Assembly: GCA_950097015.1 (NCBI GenBank)
Contig: CATNEN010000003.1
Location: forward strand, 7,006,001-7,070,000
Direction: 5' to 3'
Source: Macrostomum hystrix
Taxonomy: Eukaryota > Animalia > Platyhelminthes
DNA length: 64,000 nucleotides
Below, one piece after another: positions 1-11,400 of this stretch; the first letter of the stretch is position 1; the number at the start of each line of letters is the position of its first letter. The notes under the pieces were generated by a model. It was not told the DNA's origin and did not search any database. It was given only the letters and a program-made list of their open reading frames with translations. A program made the translations under genes and the position numbers.

Positions 1-1740
1 GTGGCAGTCGAATGAGCAGCACAGCAATATTGCTAACGTTGCCTAGAAGCGAATGCACCATTGTAGCATGAGGATTTGAGCAGATCTCAGCCAGTGATAG
101 CGTCTTCCAACCGGGCATTACAATTTTGGCTGTGAAATTGAAGCAGTTGATGAAAATCAGGATTATGAATGATTACACCTGCCCCAATCAGGCCAGATGT
201 GCAGCCGACAGCACAACCACAGCTATTCCGCGGCGCATCTGGAGGCTGTTCAGTCCATGGACTGGGGGGACGCCACACCCTCTCTCAATTGCTTTAGCGA
301 AAGCTGATACCCATTTTACAACTGGTTGTTGAATGTCTTGCAAAAGGACAGATATTAATTCAGCCGAGTCGGAAATCGAATCACCGACCTTTAAGTCACC
401 AGTTCGACGCCCTCACCACTATGTTATAACCCTCGCTAGCGCAGTCGTATTAATTAGTAGTAGTTAAGAGGGGTCGATGGCAGAGCGGATAACGCGTTTG
501 CCTCTCGCGCCAAGGTCCCTAAGTTCGATTCCGCGGCGAGACCACATTTATTTGGGGGCTTGTCGTGCAGTTTACGCCCTTGAGGGCTAACCTCCAAGGC
601 ACAGTGAAGTGTATGTATTGTATACTTCCTGACGATGAGAAAGTCAGGGCAGATGTACACATCTGTGAGAGCGCATGCCTGCGTTCGGTATCTGTGTGCG
701 TGTGTGCTCAGGAGTCAGCAAAATGGGCAGAATTGCCTCCTCGCTGGCTGCGGGTCTAGTGTCACCAAATAATGTACCATGGCCTGCAGCTTAGGTTACT
801 TGCCTTGTCTTGCTTACTAGGCTAGGCTACAAGACCCTTAAACTCACCGTTGCATTTTGTCGGGCTGTCCTTAATTCCTAGCTGATTGAGCACGAATTCC
901 ATGAGATTGGCCACAGTAATGGAGCTTGGAATCAAAGCGAACTTCTGTTCAGAAGCTTCAGAAGCAGTGCCATTCTCGTCTATTTCATGCGTGTCTGCGT
1001 TCTCCTCGTTTGCCGGTGACCTCAACGCGATGCTTCGCGGCCGTTGGCGTTGCAGAATGCAGCGCAGTGACATTCTATCTTCTGTAGTAATTTGAGTTTA
1101 GATTGAGTTCTCTTGACAATAGGTCCCGTGAGGTACAGTAGCTAGTTGACTATGGACAGACTGACAGTTAAGTTATGACCCAAATATGCACTATAGCTAA
1201 ATATACCAAGCGGTAGGGCAGATAGGTGAGATCTCAAAGGTGAGAAAAGGTGGATAGGTGAGATCTGAGAGGGTAGAGAGGGTGGATAGGTGAGATCTCA
1301 AAGGGGAGGGAGGGTGGATAGGTGAGATCTCAGAGGGGTGATTGTAAATAACAAAGGAGAATGAAAATTCTTATTTTAGTATGAAATATGTCAAAAGCCA
1401 GACTTTTAAAAGTTAAAGTCCTCCTAACGTTACCGTTCTCTTGATCCTTGGACTTAATATAAAAACTAGTAGACTGTAGCTGTTTAAACTGTAAGGCCTG
1501 TCTCTGAACTGGCTTCTGTTGAAGCAGATTCTGTAGAATATTCGAATTTGACGCAATAGCCAAGACCGGTATAGGATTGTTACTTCTGCTGACGATGCTA
1601 GTCGCAGGGTTTCGGCCAGTTCTAGCAAAACTAGGCATATTTGCTTTAGACGATCCTTCATTTGATGGATTAAATTTAAAGCTAAATTTCTCACGCAGAG
1701 CTTTCATGTACGGGTTTCTTGAAGCAGACGGCTCGTTCAT
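1..1740 (-). CDS. SATB/defective proventriculus (dve/Compass)-like protein, 5' part; gene continues beyond the left edge
   Basis: Exons 1740-1434, 1081-848 and 129-<1 have GT/AG ends and consistent phase 1. The spliced protein reads ...EDRMSLRCILQR...EQKFALIPSSITVANLMEFVLNQLGIKDSPTKCN|AKIVMPGWKTLSLAEICSNPHATMVHSLLGNVSNIAVLLIRLP, matching from memory the SATB ULD/Compass pattern (IIP...LV..AL..LG...WKPL...P...V..ILG...ATLRI). Homeodomain/CUT part not in the window. Confidence 0.7.
175..432 (-). mobile_element. tRNA-derived SINE, family B copy
   Basis: Reverse complement matches copies at 22472-22940, 28800-29078 and 44733-44920 (ggtgattcgatttccgactc B-box-like head, aaatgggtatcagc, gggtgtggcgtccc, cagtccatggactgaacagcc). 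Confidence 0.7.
468..790 (+). mobile_element. tRNA-derived SINE, family A copy
   Basis: A-box-like TGGCAGAGCGG and B-box GTTCGATTCC. Body closely similar to 37001-37333 and 62554-62910. Confidence 0.8.
1220..1340. repeat. ~31-bp minisatellite (~4 copies) in intron 1 of the dve-like gene
   Basis: Repeated ggtggataggtgagatctc(a/t) unit. Confidence 0.85.
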
Positions 1741-3254
1741 TGTGTAATTTCTTCGTTTTTTACTCGTAGTTTTGTAACAACAACTAGCGACAGCGAGTTT
1801 GTAAAGAAATTAGGGATGCCTCTTTGGAATCATAAAGCAGGGTTATATGGACAGGCAGGCAGGGGTAAAGTGAACTGACTCACTGAGAAAGTTGCTTATG
1901 TCTGGTTTTTATTCAGATGGTATGGGAAGAAATAAAGAGAGCGGCTGGCAAATCGTGTAGGGGAAGAGGCTGTAATTCAGTTCAAGCCATATTAGAAACA
2001 ACCAATTAGATTCAACTGGTGCCCCCACCTCTTCGTTATCAGTTTTATTCGTTTTTTGTGGGGTCTGATAGAATTGGGGTCCCGAGCCGGCCAACAGCAC
2101 TCTCAATCGATTTTCTGTACGTTAGGAATGTACATCTTTTTGTGTACATATGTCCTATACTCTATCATATTGAAAAACTGGATTCCCCTATAAATAAATG
2201 GTCTTTATAATGATTACGCAAGTGTTACTAGTGCAAGGTTGCTCAGCTAGCCATTACGGAATTTAAACGTGCAAATTTAAACGCACATTAAGCGAGCACT
2301 TTTTAATGTACTCGTACATTTAAGATTTAAAGCCTTGTACTAGACAAAAATATAGCTTACCCATTAGAAGATGGTATTCAAATCCTCGATTCGGTTTAAT
2401 CTGAATGACAGAATGATTGCTCGATCGTATTAAGCGTTCTTTACTTTTGGCTCGAACAACGGTTTTTTTTCTACTTAAACAGAGTGAGACTTAACTAAAG
2501 CCTTTCTTTACACGACAAGCCAATCCTGCGAGCTTGTGCAAGCCAGCAACCCCAACTCAGAGGGCTGCGCTGAAGGACAGAGTTGGAATTAGGCTGTGGT
2601 TGGTCTTACTAATGAATATGTGTGTAGGCTGTGCTGCCAAAGACGGGCTGATTCACTGTTGTAGAATCCAAATGTACATTGTTGGCTCGCCTGCGCCGGT
2701 ATAGGCATGTACATTAATTTCTACTTCGGGTTTTATCGTTTTATCTTGGCCAGAGCTTTGGCTCGCACTAGCCCTGGCGAGCCCACCACCCCAAAGCACC
2801 CACCACCCCACGGAAATCTCTTTCCTGATTCCAGCGAAGGAGCAATGCTGCTTTTCGGCTTGTTTTGCTTTACTTGCAAGCCCTCTGCTCTCTCCAGATC
2901 TCTGCATAATTTGTCTCGTTATCTCGCTCCGACATATTTCATTCCGCCAATTACTGCGTAAAATGTGACAATTCAAAACATGGTTTTGACTTTTCGTGCA
3001 GAGTAGAGTTTAAAACCACGTGGACAAATACCAAAATATATTTATATAAATATATATGCTTCTATATAATATTGTAACTGTATAAAATTAATCGTATGAA
3101 TTATTTCTGAAAGTAATTACCGAACTGTATTCATTGCTCTGTTAAATCGAATGTGGTTGTCATGGTATGCAGGTTCTCGCTTTAACGGATTCCCCAATTA
3201 GTCATTGAGAAAGTGCTGAGAAACTCAACAAATCGAACCTTTGAACCTCGCAAC

Positions 3255-4161
3255 TAGGGGTCCCAATCCCGGGATCCCGGGATCCCGGCTTTTTGTTAGT
3301 GTTCGAGATCCCGGGATTAGGGGTCCGGGATCCCGGTAAACACGGGATTGGAATTCACATGGCGATGGCCGATGGCCTAGATGGACACTGGGGTGACTGG
3401 GCCCACTGGCCCGGGCCACGCCGAACGCCCGCAACTAAGGAAAAGAAATGAGGCAGAAAAAGGGGGTGGGGTGGGGTGGGGACTGGGTTCTGCTGAGTCT
3501 GCGCCTCTGTGTGCGTGAGGTTGTCTGTGTTGGGGGCAGAGGCACCAGCGCAGCGTATGCAGTTCTAATTTCTAACCTTCTAATCCAAGGGGTGAGGAGG
3601 GTGTTGTTTAGTATGTATGTACAACTGTACATGGATAGTGAACACTGAACACTGCTGAACATCGCACAAGGATTAGAAAGCCAAGACTCATGAGTCATGA
3701 CCTTGGGGTGGGTTATCCCTATAAAATTTAACTTGTATAGAAATGATAAACAACTGGAAGGAAACTGGCAGTGGCAACGCAAGCAATACATTTTTTTGAA
3801 TCAACGATACAAACAAGCAGCAAAATACAAAACAAATAAAGTTAACAACATTGAACAATTGCAATTTGCAACTGATTGCATCGAATCCATCGATGGAAGG
3901 AAGGAATGTGACAATTGTGACAACAAGAAATAAGTGACCAAGGATAAGTGATATGAACTATCTTTAACTCTTTTATCAATGCAGTGTAAGCTGGAAAGTA
4001 GAAAGAAGCCCAAATGATGCTCAATTGGTTGAGAAATTTGTTTTTTTGGACAATGGAAAGCTTCCGGTGAATTTGTTTGTTCAATCCCGGGATCCCGGGA
4101 TTGGGTCATTTTTTTGTCCGGGATCCCGGGATTGTAAAATGTCCGGGATTTGGGACCCCTA
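3255..4161. mobile_element. Non-autonomous hAT element (MITE), 907 bp
   Basis: TIRs TAGGGGTCCCAA at both ends, perfect 8-bp TSD CTCGCAAC (3247-3254 and 4162-4169), subterminal palindromic CCGGGATCCCGG repeats, no transposase ORF. Confidence 0.9.
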
Positions 4162-7100
4162 CTCGCAACTGTACCCAACAGACCAAACTGGCACATTGAG
4201 CGAGAGATAGAGACATCTTTTACGGTTTTCAGTCACTTTAAATCGCAATGGAATTCGGCAAAAGGCTAAAAAAATGGACAAAAAGTATATAAAACCCTTA
4301 AAAGATCAGAGCGTCCATTTCTTGATATTGATCCGTATTAAATCGAATTTAGTCGCGAGTCATGGAACCTCACTCACAATAAGAAAATACACAAGATAAA
4401 TAATAGCCTGCTATTTTTTGCCCCTGAACTTTCACATGTGTGCAATTAAATGGCCCACTGATCTGCATGTAGCGATCAGCAACCCGAGCGCCCTGATGAA
4501 TTTCCGGGAATCTGAATTTGTATAGGTGCATGTTTGTTATAATTTCATTCTGATTTATTAGTTATTTGTTAATTATTTAAGTATTGCATGCGATATGTTC
4601 GAGTATTTCATAGTAGATCGAAAGACAGGAGATTTTGCACCGATACTTTATCGAATGATCAGATGTTATGTTGATCATAATGTCATAATGCTGTTTTCCA
4701 GCATGACGTTTGCCAGCCGACGTGTTTACTGGCCCAGCGGGACATTGTGCCAGCGGGGACATTCGCCAGCCGACGTTTGGCAACCGACGTTCGCCAGCCG
4801 ATATTTACTATCAAATATGCTGCTGTCTTTACACTATACGTTAAAGTTGCAGAACATTGTGTACTTTGAGGCATTGAGCTTCATTTTTGTTTGAAGGTAA
4901 ATATGTACATGTGTGGAGTTTAAAGCATTTTTTGAATGCATCATAACTTAAATTATATTCTGGAATCCCATGTTCTACTCAATCAGTGAGGCTCGAATTT
5001 AGTAATTGATCATACTACGCTAATCGTACAGTAGGGCAATCACTTTACTAGACTATCGATCACTGCTGGATAATCAGTTAGGTAATCACTAGCTTATCAC
5101 TAGGATTGATTGTTTGTTTTCAAGGCTTTAGTCACCTAGCTTTTCAGCAAACCGCTGTTAATGCATCTAGATACTCGTAGCTGGTGTGCCACAGGAGCAG
5201 TTGGGGAGCCGCGCGATAGCCTAAGTATATTCTATTGATTTACAGACAGGGTCACTAATTTCTCGTAAAACATGACGCGTATGTCCTGAAAAATTCAAGT
5301 GATTTAAAACAACTCGTGAAAATGCTTTTATTTAGGTCGATTGCGGTATTTTTTGTTGACAGAATTTTACAGAATGTTTACAGAATATATTGTTAACAAA
5401 AGAAAAGTATCTGTGCTTTGAAAAGGACGAATAAACGCAATTTAATAGGAAACTAATTATTGAAAGCCCTAACTTTTTTTGTTCATTTATATATATACAA
5501 GTAATCACACAGAATGGTATTGTGTGATTTTGATACATTTTGCTTTTGGTTAAGAATTTCCGGATATTTCGTAAGTATAAGAAAATTGTGTTTTAAACGC
5601 ACTACGAACGCGTAAAAGAAAAAATCTAGCAAAATTTTGAGATATTTTAACGAACTATAGTGATTTTTTGGAAGTTCTATTATTATAGTAAAGAAGTAGT
5701 AAGTCAATTATCGCGCTTTCTTGTTAAGTGTTTCCGCCGCCAAATTTCTTTTGATACAGATACAGTTGACGCAGAAGATAAAAGTTGCATCGTTGTTTTT
5801 TACTTTCTCTACAATAATTTTCTGTTTAGTCGATAATGTGGTAGATTTTATTACAATAAAAGTACTACATTTTAGTTAATTCCAGTTTACTTAAACAACA
5901 TTTTCGTAGTATCAAAACAAGTCAAAATAATATAATCTTGAAAGTAGAAACTAGCTACACAAAATGAATCTTACTACAAGTAAGAACTAAGGTAAGATTT
6001 GTGATCCTACTATCTATCCGACTAGGCCTACAATATTATAGTTGTTCTTTTATATTTATATTGAGATTTATTCAAATGAAAAGTATTTTAGTAACTTTAC
6101 ATTTGCATTACATTTGCATTACATTTTCAATTTACTTTTTTACAAGTTTTTTACTTACTTATTTTACTGGAGGTTGCAGTCTCTTTATCTGCCACCCTCT
6201 TGTCTGTCAACAGGCGAGTTGACTTATTTAAGGGAATTGAAATCCATCAGCGGATGAGTTGGCCAGCTTGGACTTAACTGAAATGAGAAGAAATTTAACA
6301 CATTACTAGGCCTATCAGCCCTGTATACATACATGCCAATGTGCAGATAGAAGATCAGTAGATTTTTTAGTTCTTTCACTAATTTAAAGAATTTGTGCAT
6401 ACTTTTGTTTTGTGTATAGTGACACCCCACCATGCACTAGTGAGAGACCACTTGCTAAATCATGAATTTGTAGGGTGAGTTAGCTAGAGAGTGCAATGAC
6501 AATGCATGATATTATTTGCACACCTTATTTGATTTGATGGCCTCACATGTACACACCTATCCACCAACCAGATTTGTGCAAGCTTCCCTGGCATGCCCAT
6601 ATTTAACAAATTAATAGTGTTTTATTTTGCAATAATAAAAGCTATGGGAGACAAGTTTGTTTTAATTGTCCTTAAGGCAGGGAAGTTTGTACTAAGTTTT
6701 TTTAAAGACAAATTAAAAGCAGATGAGATAGGAGTAGACAAAAAGACTGAAATCATTTTTGTGGCACTGCTACAAGAATGAAGATCCAGAAATTTTGTTC
6801 CATTTAAAGAGACATGTATCTCAGAGAATAATAAAAAGAAAACTCAATAAATTAATATAGAAAGTGGAAGCCAAAGGACCAATGGGATAGTAGAAATGTG
6901 AAGCCAGGGAGACTGTAGCCAATGAGAATTCAAGTATTAGTCTCAACAGGTTTGGGGTAAAACCCCATCCCCACCACCTGACAACATACATGTGGCATTG
7001 AATTCTTGATAGCTTGAGTCCCAATACCAAGGAATTAAGAGTTCCCATTGTAGGCAATCTGAAGTGTCTTCACATATCCTCTTTGTCATTAGCCCTCATT

Positions 7101-8469
7101 AGGCTCTCTACATCTCATAGCTATCCATATATTCTATAAACATGAAAATAGCCTTGAAGTCTTTAGGGACTTGAGTTGGTTGTTGTTTATTGTTTTACTC
7201 ACTTCAGTGCAAACTATATTTAAGAACTCTAGATAAGGGAAACAGAAGTTCCCGTAACCATATCCGTATCCGTAACTTTTGTAAAAAAGCTTAGTATCTC
7301 TAATTTCCCATAGCCATATCCATAGCTACAGTGGAACTCTACTAAATTCTAAATTAAAAGTACATACTTTTCTTTAGCTTTAAAGAGTTCTAATATCTAT
7401 CTGGAGTTTCTAACAATAGGTAATGCTATCAAAGTTAGAAGTACATTCCATGTGAGAAAGTTTTTCTTATAAAAAAACTAGATATCTGTGTCTGTGACTG
7501 TAGGCAAAAAAAAATAAAAATAGGTATGAAAGATTTTAATTTGTCAACAGCCTTATTTGTAATATTTGCGTTACATGTACATTATTCATTATACATTGAA
7601 CACTAGGTGTGTATTCTAAGAATTCATTTGTGAGGCAAATGAATGTTAAGCAAAATTTGACGAGCAATAGAAATGAACATGCATATCCATTTTTGGCATG
7701 TACCTAATGATCTGGACTTCTGGTACTAGGTCTATTGTTTTCATATGCAATATAGCTATTTGATAAGAAATCAAGTTTATAGACTTTAGATTAATAGATT
7801 ACCCCAACATTTAGCAAAAAGTGTAAATTGTCAATTTATTATTCAGATATGTAGTTAAATAATTATTCCTCATATATTATATTCCTGGTAGTATGATTAA
7901 GAAAGTAAACTTTAAGTTCCATGTATATCAAGAACTAAGACTCTTAAATGATAACAAAGCTAATATCAGGCATAAAAAACTTTTGTTTGTAGCTTAAGAT
8001 TTCTATAAGTATATTCAGTTTTAAGTTTAGCCAGTAAAAACATATAAATAAATATTCATTTATAATATGAATGAAGTCAATAAACAAACAGCCTATTTTT
8101 TAATGTCTAGTTTGCTTGAATATATGCATAAAAATAGTTAAAAACATCAAATTAGCTTGTGTAATAGCTGAAATTTATATTTAAGCAAATAATACCTGAT
8201 ATTATCTTATCAGCATGATAAAAAGTTCCATTTAAGGGTAGAACCATTCTGCAACTGCTATTTCTATATTTGTGCTAATTTTAATAAACAATTCCAAGTA
8301 TGTGGTACACTTCAAAATGCTTAAATGGTCCATAACACTATTAAGGTACTAGACAGTCAAGATGGCAAGGGGGAGTATACTAGTTTTCTATTGGATATTG
8401 TGTTACAAATATACAAAAAGCACATAGACCAACTATTATTATTTTAATTTCAGATGTCAATAATCAGCT

Positions 8470-11400
8470 ATGTCTGTTCTGCATTGTTCAATTCAAATTT
8501 TATTGGAGCTTGATCGATTTCATAATATTGACCTTTATCGTCGTGGGTAAGTTAATGCAGAATATTTTTTTACCTTTTAGAATTTTTCATAAAGTAAGAC
8601 ATACTTTTGTATGCAACTTTTCAATTAAAACCACAAATTACTGTTAGATCAAAGCTTTTGTTACTACTTATTGCAAAAATCTGGGTTTCTTAAATAACAG
8701 TGCACCAAAAATAGAAAAGTTATTTATGTTGTTTTGCAATACACATATTTGTGAATATTGTGTGTTGTATTCTTAAATTAATTTGCCTGTTAGACTTTAA
8801 ACAATGCTTAATTTTCAGTAATGCAACAACAATCAAAATATATGCATCAGACTATTTCTGAGCAGTAATTAGTTGATCGATTTGATTGGAAAAAGGCCTC
8901 AATAAAATGTTTAGTTGTCAAGCAACTATGAAGTTTAGACATTTTAATACAGTATTGATAAAAAATTGCACGCTTGCAGTGTCGAAAAAACAACTGTCTA
9001 AATTTCAATCTTTTCTTTCAAGATCCTCTTATACACACAACAATGTCCCATTGTCATCTGAGTCTGCAATTGCTAGTTGAACTAGACAGATTTCACAACA
9101 TTGATCTGTACGATCGCGGGTAAGTCGGGACATGTGCGAAGTAATGTTTTTCGCTTAAATATTTGTATTGTTTTTGTGTGACATTACTGCTTAGGCAATG
9201 TGCGTTTAAACTTTAAAGAATACTTCAATTACGAACTCGAATGAGTTTTTTTGCGCATTCTAAATTATCTGCTTTTATTACCCAATATAGTTTGTTCCCC
9301 TTAAATTCTCACAGTTCCCCTCAGATCCTCACAGTTCCCCTCAGATCCTCACAGTTCCCCTCAGATCCTCACAGTTCCCCTCAAATTCTCACAGTTCCCC
9401 TCAGATCCTCACAGTTCCCCTCAGATCCTCACAGTTCCCCTCAAATTCTCACAGTTCCCCTCAGATCCTCACAGTGCCCCTCAGATCCTCACAGTCCCCC
9501 TCAGATCCTCACAGTTCCCCTCAGATCCTCACAGTTCCCCTCAGATCCTCACAGTCCCCCTCAGATCCTCACAGTTCCCCTCAGATCCTCACAGTCCCCC
9601 TCAGATCCTCACAGTTCCCCTCAGATCCTCACAGTTCCCCTCAGATCCTCACAGTTCCCCTCAGATCCTCACAGTTCCCCTCAGATTCTCACAGTTCCCC
9701 TCAGATCCTCACAGTTCCCCTCAGATTCTCACAGTTCCCCTCAGATCCTCACAGTTCCCCTCAGATCCTCACAGTTCCCTCAGATCCTCACAGTTCCCCT
9801 CAGATCCTCACAGTTCCCCTCAGATCCTCACAGTTCCCCTCAAATTCTCACAGTTCCCCTCAGATCCTCACAGTCCCTCTCAGATCCTCACAGTTCCCCT
9901 CAGATCCTCACAGTTCCCCTCAGATCCTCACAGTTCCCTCAGATTCTCACAGTTCCCCTCAGATCCTCACAATTCCCGTCAGATCCTCACGGTTCCCTAA
10001 GATCCTTACAGTTCCGCTCAGATTCTCACAGTTCCCCTCAGATCGTCACAGTTCCCCTCAGATCCTCATAATTCCCCCCAGATCCTCATAATTCCCCTCA
10101 GATCCTCACAGTTCTCTCAAATCCTTAAAGTTCCCCCCAGATCCTCACAGGCTGTGTGAGCATTCAGTTTCAAATTTAAATATTGTGTAGGCGGTACTAC
10201 ACTCACTACACTCTTTACTTAATCTAAAGAAAACCCATTTGCTTTGAGTCGATAAGATAAGCATTATATAGTTCTTTAGCTTAAATTTGCACATACATGC
10301 GTTAACCACACACCACACATACACCCGAGAATTGACCGCTTTATTGAGAATTTCATGGACAGTTGATAAGTTGTCAATAGCATGATATAATAGAAGATTC
10401 TCTGATTAAGATTTTTATTTTTTTTAATGACCATTATCCTCTTTCCAATTCCTCAGTTCCAAATTCATGACTTCCCAATTCATGAGTTCCCAATTCATGA
10501 GTTCCCAATTCATGAGTTCCCAATTCATGAGTTCCCAATTCATGAGTTCCCAATTCATCAGTTCCTAATTCATCAGTTCCCAATTCATGAGTTCCCAATT
10601 CATGAGTTCCCAATTAATCAGTTCCCAATTCATCAGTTCCCAATTCATGAGTTCCCAATTAATCAGTTCCCAATTCATGAGTTCCCAATTCATCAGTTCC
10701 CAATTCATCAGTTCCAAATTCATCAGTTCCCAATTCATGAGTTCCCAATTCATGAGTTCCCAATTCATGAGTTCCCAATTCATGAGTTCCCAATTCATGA
10801 GTTCCCAATTCATCAGTTCCTAATTCATCAGTTCCCAATTCATCAGTTCCCAATTCATGAGTTCCCAATTCATGAGTTCCCAATTAATCAGTTCCCAATT
10901 CATGAGTTCCCAATTCATCAGTTCCCAATTCATCAGTTCCAAATTCATCAGTTCCCAATTCATGAGTTCCCAATTCATGAGTTCCCAATTAATCAGTTCC
11001 CAATTCATCAGTTCCAAATTCATCAGTTCCTAATTCATCAGTTCCCAATTCATCAGTTCCCAATTCATGACTTACCCAATTCATGAGTTCCCAATTCATG
11101 AGTTCCCAATTCATGAGTTCCCAATTCATCAGTTCCCAATTCATGACTTACCCAATTCATGAGTTCCCAATTCATCAGTTCCCAATTCATCAGTTCCCAA
11201 TTCATCAGTTCCCAATTCATCAGTTCCCAATTCATCAGTTCCTAATTCATCAGTTCCCAATTCATGAGTTCCCAATTCATGAGTTCCCAATTCATCAGTT
11301 CCCAATTCATGAGTTCCCAATTCATCAGTTCCTAATTCATGAGTTCCCAATTCATCAGTTCCTTATTCATGAGTTCCCAATTCATAAGTTCCCAATTCAT

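Noticed and set aside
87-278. 63-aa ORF as the dve-like exon
   Set aside because: Starts in a SINE and stops at 87; the homologous reading is in another frame from the acceptor at 130-131.
468-545. tRNA genes at SINE heads (also ~22510, ~37005, ~44735, ~62555)
   Set aside because: A/B boxes are present, but the copies are divergent and continue into shared SINE bodies; no clean cloverleaf verified.
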